35,861 nt of DNA, from contig JBHHXT010000030.1 of the NCBI GenBank assembly GCA_046757165.1, positions 1 to 35,861 on the forward strand, read 5' to 3'. The notes beneath the pieces were generated by a model. That model had not been told where the DNA came from, did no database searches, and saw nothing but the letters and a program-made list of their open reading frames with translations. Origin of the DNA: a bacterium (GTDB lineage: Bacteria; Zhuqueibacterota; Zhuqueibacteria; Oceanimicrobiales; Oceanimicrobiaceae). Shown here in pieces: positions 19,336-29,172 of this stretch. Position 1 is the stretch's first letter. Each line of letters starts with the position of its first letter. Both the position numbers and the translations under genes were made by a program.

Positions 19336-20442
19336 TTAAGCGTGTAAGTTTTGACGAATGAATTCTGCCCTCACAATGTCCCTTTCCTTCGCGTCCAGGC
19401 GACGGTCATAGATCCGCTGTAAATGCGCCGGCTGCACCAGCACGATCAGTTGGTTAGCCGCAAGGCGACTTATCCTGTCGACCAAGCCGAGTTCGCACCC
19501 AAGTCGCAATGTTGAGAGCAGATTCATCGCCTCCAAAGATGTCATAATCCTGGCATTCTCCAGAATGCCCATCGCCCGGTACACCATATCCTCAGTTTTG
19601 ACTTTGTTCTGAGTCAAAAGCTGACTGCGGGCCTCTCTTTCCATTTCGGTCAGTTTCTTCGCTGTGAAAAGGATGCGCTCGACAACACTTTTTTCTGTCC
19701 GTCCCAGAGTCAACTGATTGGACACCTGGTAGATGTTCCCGATAGACTCCGTTCCTTCACCGTAGAAGCCGCGAACGGCAATTTCAGAGGAGGGTAAATC
19801 CTGAATCACGGACTCGACCTCCCCTCGCACCGAAAGCGCCGGCAAGTGGACAAAGATGGAGACACGCATTCCGGTGCCGATATTGGTTGGGCACGCTGTC
19901 AAGTATCCGAACTTTTTCGAAAAGCTAAAGTTCAAAATTTCTGCTAGTTCGTCATCGGCGGAGCTAATCTTTTTCCAGGCGGCTTGAATTCCAAGGCCGG
20001 CCTCGATACACTGCATGCGCACGTGGTCTTCTTCATTGACCATGATGCTCAGATTCTCGCGCGAGCCGATGATCAGCATGCTGGGCAAATCACCGTCGAT
20101 GAGCTGTGGGCTCGCCAACCGCCTTTCCACAAAATACTTACAGTCCCATTCCGATAGTTTGGCGACCTCGACATAGTTCGCCTTTTTGAGACATCTACAC
20201 TGCTTGCATGCCTGCTTGACTTCCTCCAGCACCTGGGTCAACTCCTCGTTGCAGGCCTTGTTGGGGAAGGGGATGTCCTTCAAATTGCGGGCGAGTCGAA
20301 TTCGGGATGAAATAATCGTGTCAGAGAATTCATCCTCATTGGTGAGCCAATTGCCAAAATTCCACAGCAAGTCATCTATCTTGCCTGCAGAGGTGTCCAA
20401 CCCTGGCAATTTTTCTCCCGTCTGCGGCCGAATTCTGCTCAT
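19336..20442 (-). CDS. mcsB: Protein arginine kinase McsB
   Basis: SSRIRLARN, VNEEDH, GYLTACPTNIGTGMR, VRGFYGEG, QVSNQLTLG; located between mcsA and clpC. Confidence 0.93.
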   Translation of the reverse strand: MSRIRPQTGEKLPGLDTSAGKIDDLLWNFGNWLTNEDEFSDTIISSRIRLARNLKDIPFPNKACNEELTQVLEEVKQACKQCRCLKKANYVEVAKLSEWDCKYFVERRLASPQLIDGDLPSMLIIGSRENLSIMVNEEDHVRMQCIEAGLGIQAAWKKISSADDELAEILNFSFSKKFGYLTACPTNIGTGMRVSIFVHLPALSVRGEVESVIQDLPSSEIAVRGFYGEGTESIGNIYQVSNQLTLGRTEKSVVERILFTAKKLTEMEREARSQLLTQNKVKTEDMVYRAMGILENARIMTSLEAMNLLSTLRLGCELGLVDRISRLAANQLIVLVQPAHLQRIYDRRLDAKERDIVRAEFIRQNLHA

Positions 20443-20963
20443 CTTATGATCCCGTCATTTTCCGTGTCGAGCTCTCTCTGGGCGTCCCGCACCAGATCTC
20501 TCAGTTCGGCAGCGAGCTCAAAGTTCTCACTTTCGATCGCTTCTTGAAGCTCGACCTTTATTCTCCGCATTTCCGCTTCGCTGATTTTGTGACGCTGGGA
20601 TTTGGGTCGGCTGCCGATGTGCTGGTTGCTGCCATGAATCCTGCGTAGCACGATATTCAAGTCTTGTTCGAACGTTTGGTAGCAAATATCACACCCGAAG
20701 AGACCCGTCTTTTGAAAGTCGTCCCAGGTTGAACCACACCGCGCACACTGCAGCCCCTCCGCATGGGTGCTTCTCTGAAGAATCTCCTTGCCTACGAGCT
20801 CAGCAATGAAATTTTCAAAGATTTGCGGCAGCGAGGCCATCGGATTGGCAATGCCTTTTCGCTCGGCGCAGCCGGTGCACAGATTGATTTCGATCTTCTT
20901 CTCATTGACGACGTGTGCAATCTTGATCGTCGCCGGGTTTTCTCGACAGAATTGGCACACCAT
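20439..20963 (-). CDS. mcsA: McsA (zinc-binding, UVR domain) kinase activator
   Basis: Four CxxC motifs, IHG...HIGSRP, ENFELAAELRD. Confidence 0.93.
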   Translation of the reverse strand: MVCQFCRENPATIKIAHVVNEKKIEINLCTGCAERKGIANPMASLPQIFENFIAELVGKEILQRSTHAEGLQCARCGSTWDDFQKTGLFGCDICYQTFEQDLNIVLRRIHGSNQHIGSRPKSQRHKISEAEMRRIKVELQEAIESENFELAAELRDLVRDAQRELDTENDGIIR

Positions 20964-20964
20964 A

Positions 20965-21669
20965 TTACACTATCTGATTGAGTTGTTCTTTCTTGATACG
21001 GCCATCGAAGATCTCGATAACTTTGTCCGCGTCCTCGGCCAATTCAAGATTGTGTGTAACTATAATAAACGTCCGGTTGTCCTTCCGGCTCAACTTCCAC
21101 AGCAAACGGTGCAGGGCATGGCTCGCGGCCTGGTCGAGATTGCCCGAGGGTTCATCGGCCAGAATGATTTTCGGATTGCACATCAGGGCGCGGGCGACGG
21201 CCACACGCTGCATCTCCCCACCCGAAAGCTCACCCGGCCGGTGTTTGGTTCGGTGCGCAAGACCGACCTGGTCGAGTAGCCGGTGCGCACGCTCCAGCAG
21301 TTCGCCTTTTGCCTGACCACCGATCAAACCGGGCATCATCACATTTTCCAGCGCAGTGAATTCCGGCAGCAAATGGTGAAATTGAAACACAAACCCGATG
21401 GTTTGATTGCGGAAGCGAGCCAGCGCATCATTGTCGAATCCAAAAACATTGGTGCTGTCTATTTCTACCGCGCCGTCACTCGGGCGGTCGAGGGCGCCCA
21501 GGATGTGCAACAACGTACTCTTGCCGACACCGGACGGTCCGACAACAGCCACTATCTGTCCGCGATTGACCTCGAAATCGATCCCCTTCAACACATGGAC
21601 ATTGCTGCGGCCCATGCGATAGACTTTGTGAATCCCGGTTGCTTTTAAGATGACACCGTTCTTTTCCAT
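20965..21669 (-). CDS. lolD: Lipoprotein-releasing ABC transporter ATPase
   Basis: GPSGVGKST, GFVFQFHHLLPEFTALENV, LSGGEMQR, ADEPSGNLD; start at MEKNG just after the lolC/E stop. Confidence 0.92.
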   Translation of the reverse strand: MEKNGVILKATGIHKVYRMGRSNVHVLKGIDFEVNRGQIVAVVGPSGVGKSTLLHILGALDRPSDGAVEIDSTNVFGFDNDALARFRNQTIGFVFQFHHLLPEFTALENVMMPGLIGGQAKGELLERAHRLLDQVGLAHRTKHRPGELSGGEMQRVAVARALMCNPKIILADEPSGNLDQAASHALHRLLWKLSRKDNRTFIIVTHNLELAEDADKVIEIFDGRIKKEQLNQIV

Positions 21670-21671
21670 CA

Positions 21672-22910
21672 CTATTCGTACCTTATCGCCTCGACCGGCT
21701 CTAACTTCGAGGCCCGCAGGGCAGGATAGACCGCGGCACCGTAGCACAGCAAAATGGCGACGAGCGCAATCAAAAAGAAATCCAACCCTTTCATCTGAAC
21801 CGGCAGGGCGCTGATAATATAGACGTCTGCCGGCAGGGAAACCAGCTCATACTTCAACTGCAGCCAGCACAAAACATATCCTAGCAGGCAACCTATAACC
21901 GTGCCGATGACACCGCCGATCAAGCCCTCGAGAATGAAAATCTTCATAATCCCGGACGAGGTCGCGCCCATGGATTTCAGAATGCCGATCTCCCTGGTCT
22001 TCTCGAGCACCATCATGATGAGCGTGCTGACGATGTTGAACGCAGCCACCATGATGATGAGACTTAGAATGATAAACATGCCCCATTTCTCGATTTGCAT
22101 CCAGGAGAACAGATTCTTGTTCATCTCGAACCAGGTCACCGTGGTGTACGGGTAGCCAAGGATATTGTCGATCCGGGCCGAGACCTCGTCGGCATAGTTG
22201 AGATCGTCCAGCTTGATCTCCAGGCCGGTCACCTTTTTTTTCATATCGAAGAGCCGCTGCGCCTCTTTGAGAGAAATGTAAGCAAACAAGTCATCGAATT
22301 CATAAATTCCGGTCTCGAAAAAGCCCGAAACTCGAAACGTTCTGAGATTTGGCATGGAATTGAGCAGCAGCGGACCGATATTCGTCGGGCTCATGATCTG
22401 CACCTTGTCCCCGATATCGACATTGAGCCGGTCCGCCAGATAGGTGCCGAGCACGATGCCCGGATAGGACTTCTGACCGTCGCTCTTGATGGTGCCGAGC
22501 TCGAACATGCCATAATTGACATTTTCCTGGATGTCAGAAACCCGGCCCAGGGTTTCGAGATCGACGCCTTTGACCGCGAGCCCGCTTTTGTTCTTGGAGA
22601 TGATCAAGGCTTTTTCTTCGATGTAGGGCGAGATGCCGGAAATATGGTCGACGTGGTCGATTTTCCCGAGGATCGCCGCATGATTCTCCACACCCTGATT
22701 GTGGAAGGTTCGCAGCTCGATGTGCGCGCCAAACCCGATGATGCGCGACCGGACTTCACTCTCGAAGCCGTTCATGATAGACAACACAATGATCAGCGCA
22801 GCCACACCGATCATCACTCCGAGGATGGAGATGTATGTAATCAACGAAATAAATCCGGTCTTGCGTTTCGATTTGAGATACCGGTTTGCAATGAACAGCT
22901 CGTATGACAT
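21672..22910 (-). CDS. Lipoprotein-releasing ABC transporter permease LolC/E
   Basis: FIANRYL, GVAALIIVLSIMNGFE, VAAFNIVSTL..MVLEKTREIGILKSMGA, YPALRASKLEPVEAIRYE. Confidence 0.93.
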   Translation of the reverse strand: MSYELFIANRYLKSKRKTGFISLITYISILGVMIGVAALIIVLSIMNGFESEVRSRIIGFGAHIELRTFHNQGVENHAAILGKIDHVDHISGISPYIEEKALIISKNKSGLAVKGVDLETLGRVSDIQENVNYGMFELGTIKSDGQKSYPGIVLGTYLADRLNVDIGDKVQIMSPTNIGPLLLNSMPNLRTFRVSGFFETGIYEFDDLFAYISLKEAQRLFDMKKKVTGLEIKLDDLNYADEVSARIDNILGYPYTTVTWFEMNKNLFSWMQIEKWGMFIILSLIIMVAAFNIVSTLIMMVLEKTREIGILKSMGATSSGIMKIFILEGLIGGVIGTVIGCLLGYVLCWLQLKYELVSLPADVYIISALPVQMKGLDFFLIALVAILLCYGAAVYPALRASKLEPVEAIRYE

Positions 22911-24431
22911 CTACTTTCCTTCTCTTGTCTCTGGCCGCATTTGCGGGAAAAAGAGCACGTCACGAATCGACGGCTGGTCCGTGAAAAGCATGATGAGCCG
23001 GTCGACCCCGACGCCCAGGCCGGCGGTTGGCGGCATGCCGTACTCGAGGGCACGCAGAAAATCATCGTCCAACATTTGGGCCTCATCGTCGCCGAGCTCC
23101 AGCAGCTTTTGCTGCGCTAAAAAGCGCTCTCGCTGGTCGATAGGATCGTTCAATTCCGAAAACGCGTTGCCGAACTCCCCGCCGACCATGAAGGGCTCGA
23201 AGCGCTCGACCAGCCTGGGGTCGTCGCGGTGACGTTTGGCGAGCGGCGACAATTCCACCGGGTAATCGATGATGAAGGTCGGCTGAATCAGGTGAGGCTC
23301 GACCTTTTCGCTAAAGATCTCATCGATGATCTTGCCCTCGCGCCAGTAGGATTCCACGCCAATGTGAAGCGCGTCCGCCGCCGCTCTGAGCTCATCCAAC
23401 GGCTTGCCGCAGAGATTCTTGCCGGTGTACTCCTCAATCGCATCAAACAGCTTGACTCGTGGCCAGGGGGGCGTCAGGTCTATCTCTTTGCCCTGATAAC
23501 TCAGCTTGGTCTGGCCGAAAATCGTCTGGGCCAGATAGCTGACCATGTTCTCGACCAGCGCCATCATGTACGTATAATCTTGATATGCCACGTAGACTTC
23601 CATCATGGTGAATTCCGGGTTATGGAAGCGGTCCATCCCCTCATTGCGGAAATCCTTCGAAATCTCGTAAACCCCGTCATACCCCCCGATGATCAAGCGT
23701 TTGAGGTAAAGCTCATCCGCAATGCGCAAATAAAGCTCGATATCCAGCGCGTTGTGATGGGTCGTGAACGGCCGGGCGGAGGCACCCCCGTAGATGGGTT
23801 GCAGAACCGGCGTCTCTACTTCTAAGAAGCCTTGCTCGTCCAAAAACTTACGTATGTGTGTGATGACTTTCGAGCGCGTGATAAAAACCTCGCGCACCTC
23901 GGGGTTGACGATCAGGTCGACATAGCGCTGGCGATAGCGCATCTCCTTGTCGGCAAACTGATCGTATACCACCTTTTCCTCGCCTTCCAGCTTCTCTTTG
24001 ACAACAGGCAGGGGACGCAGGGTTTTCGACAGCAATTCTATCGTGCTGACCTTGATCGTGGTTTCGCCAGTGCGTGTCGCGAACACCTCGCCGGTGACGC
24101 CGATGATGTCGCCGATATCCATGAGCTTGAAGAGTTCAAACCTGTCAGCGCCGATTTCATCTTTGCGCACATAAATCTGGATGCGACCCCTGGAATCCAT
24201 GATGTGCGCGAACGCCACTTTGCCGTGTCCCCGGATGGACATGAGCCTGCCGGAGACCGAGACTTCCTTCTCCAGCAAAGCGTCCACGTTTGCCAGAATC
24301 TCCTTAGAAGCATGCGTTCTTTTGAAGCTGTAGGGATAGGGATTTATCCCCAGCTCGTTCAAACGCTCCAGCTTTTGGCGCCGGACGCGCATCACTTCGT
24401 TGAGATCTTGACTTTTTGTCGGGTCCTGCAT
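22911..24431 (-). CDS. lysS: Lysine--tRNA ligase (class II)
   Basis: RYRQRYVDL, EVETPVLQ, FRNEGMDRFHNPEFT, YGMPPTAGLGVGVDRL. Confidence 0.97.
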   Translation of the reverse strand: MQDPTKSQDLNEVMRVRRQKLERLNELGINPYPYSFKRTHASKEILANVDALLEKEVSVSGRLMSIRGHGKVAFAHIMDSRGRIQIYVRKDEIGADRFELFKLMDIGDIIGVTGEVFATRTGETTIKVSTIELLSKTLRPLPVVKEKLEGEEKVVYDQFADKEMRYRQRYVDLIVNPEVREVFITRSKVITHIRKFLDEQGFLEVETPVLQPIYGGASARPFTTHHNALDIELYLRIADELYLKRLIIGGYDGVYEISKDFRNEGMDRFHNPEFTMMEVYVAYQDYTYMMALVENMVSYLAQTIFGQTKLSYQGKEIDLTPPWPRVKLFDAIEEYTGKNLCGKPLDELRAAADALHIGVESYWREGKIIDEIFSEKVEPHLIQPTFIIDYPVELSPLAKRHRDDPRLVERFEPFMVGGEFGNAFSELNDPIDQRERFLAQQKLLELGDDEAQMLDDDFLRALEYGMPPTAGLGVGVDRLIMLFTDQPSIRDVLFFPQMRPETREGK

Positions 24432-24448
24432 CTGCTCAGTATCGTACT

Positions 24449-25609
24449 CTATCTTAGATTGTCCATTCTAACCATTTGGCCGTCCCCCAGTCCCCCACGA
24501 CGATAAACCCGGGGCACTCGCTTTGACACCCAACAGGTTATTTCGTAAGGTATGGTCTTCAGAGTTTCACACCACTCATAAATAGAAATCTCCTCCTGTC
24601 CCTGTCGACCCAACAGAACGACTTCATCCCCGACTTGCACCTCGCTACTTGCTCCAACGTTGGCCATAATCAAATCCATGCAAACGGTGCCGACCACCGG
24701 GTACCGGCGGCCGCCGATCAAGACCCGCGCTCGATTTGAAAGCAGACGATTGAAGCCGTCACCATAGCCAATGGGCACAACCGCAATGGTCGTTTTCTCT
24801 TGTGCCTGAAAAGTCAAGTTGTAGCTGACATAGCCGCCTGGCTCGATTTCCTTGAGCGCCGCGACGCGGGATTTCAGGGACATGGCTGGCTTTAGCGCAA
24901 GAGTCGCGCTCGTTTCCGGCGAAGGATAATAGCCATACATGGAGACGCCCAAACGCACCATGTCAAAATAGCTCTCCGGTAGACTGAGCACCGCCGCGCT
25001 ATTGGCGACGTGCCTCACCGGAATCTGAATTCCTTGTGCTCTGATTTCGTTCAAGATTCTTCTAAACCGCTCCAACTGTGTATACGCAAAGTCCTTGTTT
25101 TTCTGATCAGCCGTGGCAAAATGAGTAAAAATGCCAACTAACTGCAGATGGCTCTCCTGTGCCACTCTCCGCACGAATTCCGCTGCCTCCTTCCAGTGCA
25201 CGCCTAACCGCCCCATCCCGGTATCGACCTTGATGTGAATTCGAGCAGGTTTCTTGAATTCTCGTGCGACCTTTGAGAGCGCATCTGCTCTTTGAAAATC
25301 AAACACCGTCGCGTCCAGATCATGGTGCAAAACCTGTACAGCTTGCGTTTGAAAAAATGCCCCCATAACCAGGACACGCGCCCTGATTCCTTCTTTGCGA
25401 AGCTTTATCCCCTCCTCGACATGAGCAACCCCAAGAAAATCAGCGCCGTGCTGCATCGCCGTCCCGGCAATCCGAGTCGCACCATGACCATAGCCATCAG
25501 CTTTCACAACGGCCATAACGCGCGCAGGAGACACTTTTTTTCTGACCAGCTCGATATTTGTCGCCACCGCATTGAGATCGATTTCGGCAACTGTGGCCTG
25601 AGCGCTCAT
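24449..25609 (-). CDS. alr: Alanine racemase
   Basis: AVVKADGYGHG, HIKVDTGMGRLG, THFATAD, ANSAA, GYGDG, VCMD, TIPYE. Confidence 0.96.
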   Translation of the reverse strand: MSAQATVAEIDLNAVATNIELVRKKVSPARVMAVVKADGYGHGATRIAGTAMQHGADFLGVAHVEEGIKLRKEGIRARVLVMGAFFQTQAVQVLHHDLDATVFDFQRADALSKVAREFKKPARIHIKVDTGMGRLGVHWKEAAEFVRRVAQESHLQLVGIFTHFATADQKNKDFAYTQLERFRRILNEIRAQGIQIPVRHVANSAAVLSLPESYFDMVRLGVSMYGYYPSPETSATLALKPAMSLKSRVAALKEIEPGGYVSYNLTFQAQEKTTIAVVPIGYGDGFNRLLSNRARVLIGGRRYPVVGTVCMDLIMANVGASSEVQVGDEVVLLGRQGQEEISIYEWCETLKTIPYEITCWVSKRVPRVYRRGGLGDGQMVRMDNLR

Positions 25610-25630
25610 GGCCTCGAGCCAGCCGGGCCA

Positions 25631-26744
25631 TTATCTGTGAGCCGGCTTCCCATTTATGCCTCTCAGAAAGGCCGTCATGAACTCATCTATCTGACCATCC
25701 ATGACAGCTTGCACATTGCTGGTTTCGACGTTCGTGCGATGGTCTTTCACCATATTGTATGGATGAAAAACGTAAGAACGTATCTGGCTGCCCCAGGCAA
25801 TATCCTTTTTGCCCTTCTCAATTTCGGAAAGCTTCTCATCTTCCTCTTCGCGCTTCCTCTGGTAAAGCCGGGCCATGAGGATCTTCATGGCGCTCTCTTT
25901 ATTGCGATGCTGGGAGCGCTCGCTCTGGCACTGCACGACAATGCCTGTCGGGAGGTGCGTGATGCGCACAGCCGAGCTCGTTTTGTTGACGTGCTGGCCG
26001 CCGGCGCCACTGGCCCGATACGTGTCGATTCGCAAATCATTCGAATCGATCTTGATTTCGATGTTGTCCTCGACCTCGGGATAGACGAACACCGATGCAA
26101 AGGAGGTATGGCGGCGAGAGTTGGCATCGAAGGGAGAGATGCGCACCAGCCGGTGCACGCCCGCCTCAGCCTTCAAATAGCCATACGCATACTTCCCCCT
26201 GACCTCGATGGTGACGCTCTTAATCCCCGCTTCATCGCCATTTTGTAGATCCAGGACATCGTATTGATAGCCATTGTTCTCCATCCAGCGCATGTACATA
26301 CGCATCAGCATCTGTGCCCAATCCTGCGACTCGGTGCCACCGGCGCCGGGATGGATAGTCAGCAGAGCGTCGTTGGCGTCCTCCTTGTCACCGAGCATAT
26401 TCTGGAACTCGACCTGTTCAATGCGCTTTGTCAACGCGTTCAGGTCGCGCTCGACATCCTTGAACGTTTGCTGGTCCTCTTCCTCGCTGGCCAGCTCCAA
26501 CAAAACCTCCAGGTCTGAATGCCTGCCGGCAATCTCGTTGTAAAGCTCAACAAACTCACGATGGTGGCTGATTTCTCTCATGATCTTCTGGGCTTTTTCC
26601 TGTTCATCCCAGAATCCTGGACTGGAGGAGAGATCTTCAAGCTTTGCTATTTGGCTTTCTCTGTCAGCGACGTCAAAGACACACCTTTAGGTGTGCGATG
26701 CGGTCGGTCAGGCTATTCAATTCTTCACGAAGCTCAACAAACAT
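25631..26744 (-). CDS. prfB: Peptide chain release factor 2 with programmed +1 frameshift
   Basis: ATG at 26744 gives MFVELREELNSLTDRIAHLKVCL, then CTT-TGA-C (26678-26672); the +1 frame continues DVADRESQIAKLE...FWD into the ORF with SPF and GGQ motifs; about 370 aa. Confidence 0.96.
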
Positions 26745-26798
26745 AATGAAGACTCACTTTTGTCAGAATTCAAGAAATTGCGATTTTTTGGTGGGAGA

Positions 26799-26827
26799 AA
26801 TATACGACAAAAATTGCAGAGAGTCAA
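26799..26827 (-). promoter_or_regulatory. Sigma70-type promoter for the prfB operon
   Basis: Minus strand TTGACT-N17-TATATT, same hexamers and spacing as the smc promoter. Confidence 0.6.
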
Positions 26828-26854
26828 GCGCTAAGGCTTGTTAGCTTGACCGCA

Positions 26855-28984
26855 TCACTTGGTCGCAAAGTCGAACACCCCGTCCCAATTCTCCGGCGGC
26901 GGGGTCTCGATAAAATCCAGGCAGCGCTTGATGTAAAGACGCGTGGGACCATCGGTGGGGAAGTGTCGCAAAATGCGTTTGAACTCCTTCAACGCCTGGT
27001 ACCATTTGAGCCGCTTGTAGTAGTCGAGCGCTTCGGCATAAACATCGATGAGCAGCTCTTGCTCGATTTGCGGCAACGGCGCCATGCCGCGCAGCTCGTA
27101 AATTTTCACCGGTTTTTTCTTGCCCTTGACGCGCACCAGGTCCAGCTCTCGCGCCCGCGCTTTCTTGCGCACCATGCGGTAGGTGGCTTCACTGATGATG
27201 ATAGTGGTGCCATACTGTTTGTTGGCGCCCTCGAGCCTGGCGCCCAGGTTGACATCGTCGCCGATGACGGTATAGTCAAAGAGCTGGGAGGAGCCCAAAT
27301 TGCCCAGAATCACCTTGCCGGAATTGATGCCAATCCCGATCTGGAAGGAATCCTTCTGGCGCGCCGACCACCGCTTCTGCAGCAAGCGCAGCCGCGCCAT
27401 CATTTGCAGGGCGGTCAAACACGCTTTTTCGGCGTGGTCTTTGAAGTAGTGCGGGGCGCCATACACGGCCATGATTTCGTCGCCAACAAACTTATCCAGC
27501 GTGCCGGTGTTCTTGAATATGACATCGACCATTTCGGTGAGATACTCATTGAGCTGCTTGACCACCTCAGCCGAGGTGTGCCGCTCCGAAAAAGTCGTGA
27601 ACCCACGAATGTCCGAAAACAGGACGGTCAGCTCACGCCGCTCTCCGCCAAATGTTGGCAGGTCACCAGACTGCAACATGGCGTCGATGACTTCCTTCGA
27701 CATGTATTGCTGCCAGGACTTCTTGATGCGGATGCGCTCACGCTGCTCTGTCAGGGTCTGATGCACCACATTGCCCACATAACTCAAGATGATGGCGAAG
27801 GCAGGCGCCACGAAATCCACCCAGAGCAGTTGGTTGATAAAGAAATAAACCGTGATAATGAAATAGAACAAGATCAAAAACAGGATGGCAAAGAGACCTC
27901 GAAAAGGTTTCAGCCACTTGGTCAGCAACATGGTGAGGCCCGCCAACAAAAATACCGCCACGATAGCCGCCAGGCCACCTTGCGTGGAGATGAAATCTCC
28001 TCTGAGCAAGGTGCTGAGTGCGTTGGCGTGCACTTCAACGCCGGGCACTTTTCTTTGCTTGCCCTTGTACTTGAAAAACGGCGTGAATTTGTTGTCATGC
28101 AACACCTCGGCAGAGGCACCGAGGAAAACGATCTTGTCCTTGAAGGTGCCCGCCTGGCGATGAGTTTCAAAAAGATCCGTGTCTTCCTCACCGAGATTTA
28201 CGCTGGCATCATCAATGACCGAGGACAGGGAATAGGTGGAAAAGGATTTGGCCGGGCCGCGGAAATTGATCAGCATCGAATTGAATTCGAATTTGGGAAT
28301 CGTCTTATCGCCGATGACAAAGAATCCGTTGCGGTCCAAACGAACGGAGCTCAGTCCGTCGGAGCCATATCGAAGATTGAGATAGGCGCGTAAGCTCAGA
28401 GGCAGATGGGGCTTTTTGTTGCGTAGGTAAAAAAGCAAATAACGTCGAATGAATCCATCGATGTCCTCATCGATATCGCCGATTCCCCACTCGGCCCCGG
28501 TGCTATCCAGGAAGGGCTTGTAAGGCGGTTGAACAAAAGAGAGCACCCCTTCAATCCTGGGATCGCTTTTGGTTACGATTTGACCGGCCAGGATGATGTT
28601 GCCAGCCAGTTTGATCGCCTGAGCGAGGGCGATATCATTTCGGATGTCTATTTCAGAGGGTTCAGCAAAAACGATGTCGACGATGATGAGCCGGGCGCCG
28701 GTTTCATACAAATTTCGGATGGCGCGCGCATAGACGGCTCTTGGAATGGGCCAGGTCTTGAGCGCCTTCATCGTCTCCTCATCCAGGGCGACGATGACGA
28801 TGTTGTCTTGCTGCGTCTCCTGCTGGCCCCGGATGGCAAAGCGGGTATCGAAAGACTTGAGTTCGAGCGCTTCAAATTGCGTGGCCAGGATCAATGCGAA
28901 GATGGCGGAGAAAAATGCCACAAAAGCGCCAAAGGCCCATTTGTGGAGCCAAAGCGCGACCAACTTTTCTTTCAAACTTTTCAT
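26855..28984 (-). CDS. CHASE2-domain class III adenylate cyclase
   Basis: N-terminal TM, IVIVALDE..WP.PR, D.DGFIRR, PGVEVHA, three TMs, FSDIRGFT, DKFVGD (adenine-selecting Lys), YTVIGDDVNLGARLEG, VKGK, TPR-like tail. Confidence 0.93.
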   Translation of the reverse strand: MKSLKEKLVALWLHKWAFGAFVAFFSAIFALILATQFEALELKSFDTRFAIRGQQETQQDNIVIVALDEETMKALKTWPIPRAVYARAIRNLYETGARLIIVDIVFAEPSEIDIRNDIALAQAIKLAGNIILAGQIVTKSDPRIEGVLSFVQPPYKPFLDSTGAEWGIGDIDEDIDGFIRRYLLFYLRNKKPHLPLSLRAYLNLRYGSDGLSSVRLDRNGFFVIGDKTIPKFEFNSMLINFRGPAKSFSTYSLSSVIDDASVNLGEEDTDLFETHRQAGTFKDKIVFLGASAEVLHDNKFTPFFKYKGKQRKVPGVEVHANALSTLLRGDFISTQGGLAAIVAVFLLAGLTMLLTKWLKPFRGLFAILFLILFYFIITVYFFINQLLWVDFVAPAFAIILSYVGNVVHQTLTEQRERIRIKKSWQQYMSKEVIDAMLQSGDLPTFGGERRELTVLFSDIRGFTTFSERHTSAEVVKQLNEYLTEMVDVIFKNTGTLDKFVGDEIMAVYGAPHYFKDHAEKACLTALQMMARLRLLQKRWSARQKDSFQIGIGINSGKVILGNLGSSQLFDYTVIGDDVNLGARLEGANKQYGTTIIISEATYRMVRKKARARELDLVRVKGKKKPVKIYELRGMAPLPQIEQELLIDVYAEALDYYKRLKWYQALKEFKRILRHFPTDGPTRLYIKRCLDFIETPPPENWDGVFDFATK

Positions 28985-28992
28985 CTATCTAT

Positions 28993-29028
28993 AAAAAAGG
29001 GGACAGTCTCACTGAGTTCTGTCCCCTT
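28993..29028 (-). terminator. Intrinsic terminator immediately upstream of the cyclase start
   Basis: Minus strand AAGGGGACAG-AACTCAGTGAGA-CTGTCCCC-TTTTTT; the T-tract ends 8 nt before the ATG. Confidence 0.75.
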
Positions 29029-29172
29029 CAACTCTATTGTTTTGAAAAAGTTCTGCTACTCGACTCTTCAATCAAGCCGTTTATCGTGGTCTGAAAAGTC
29101 GAGCGTGCAGAGTGCAATCCATTCCGTCACCACTGAAGTTCGAAGCCAGCGCGTTTCACTGAAGAGATTGGA

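Noticed and set aside
21670..21747. N-terminal extension of lolD in the ORF track
   Set aside because: It overlaps the lolC/E coding end; the ATG at 21669 fits better.
25631..26744. prfB as a pseudogene
   Set aside because: The break is the well-known programmed CTT-TGA-C +1 frameshift.
29030..29172. 6S RNA, SRP RNA, T-box, c-di-GMP or cobalamin riboswitch
   Set aside because: Their diagnostic motifs were not found by eye; kept as an unclassified structured leader pending an Rfam scan.
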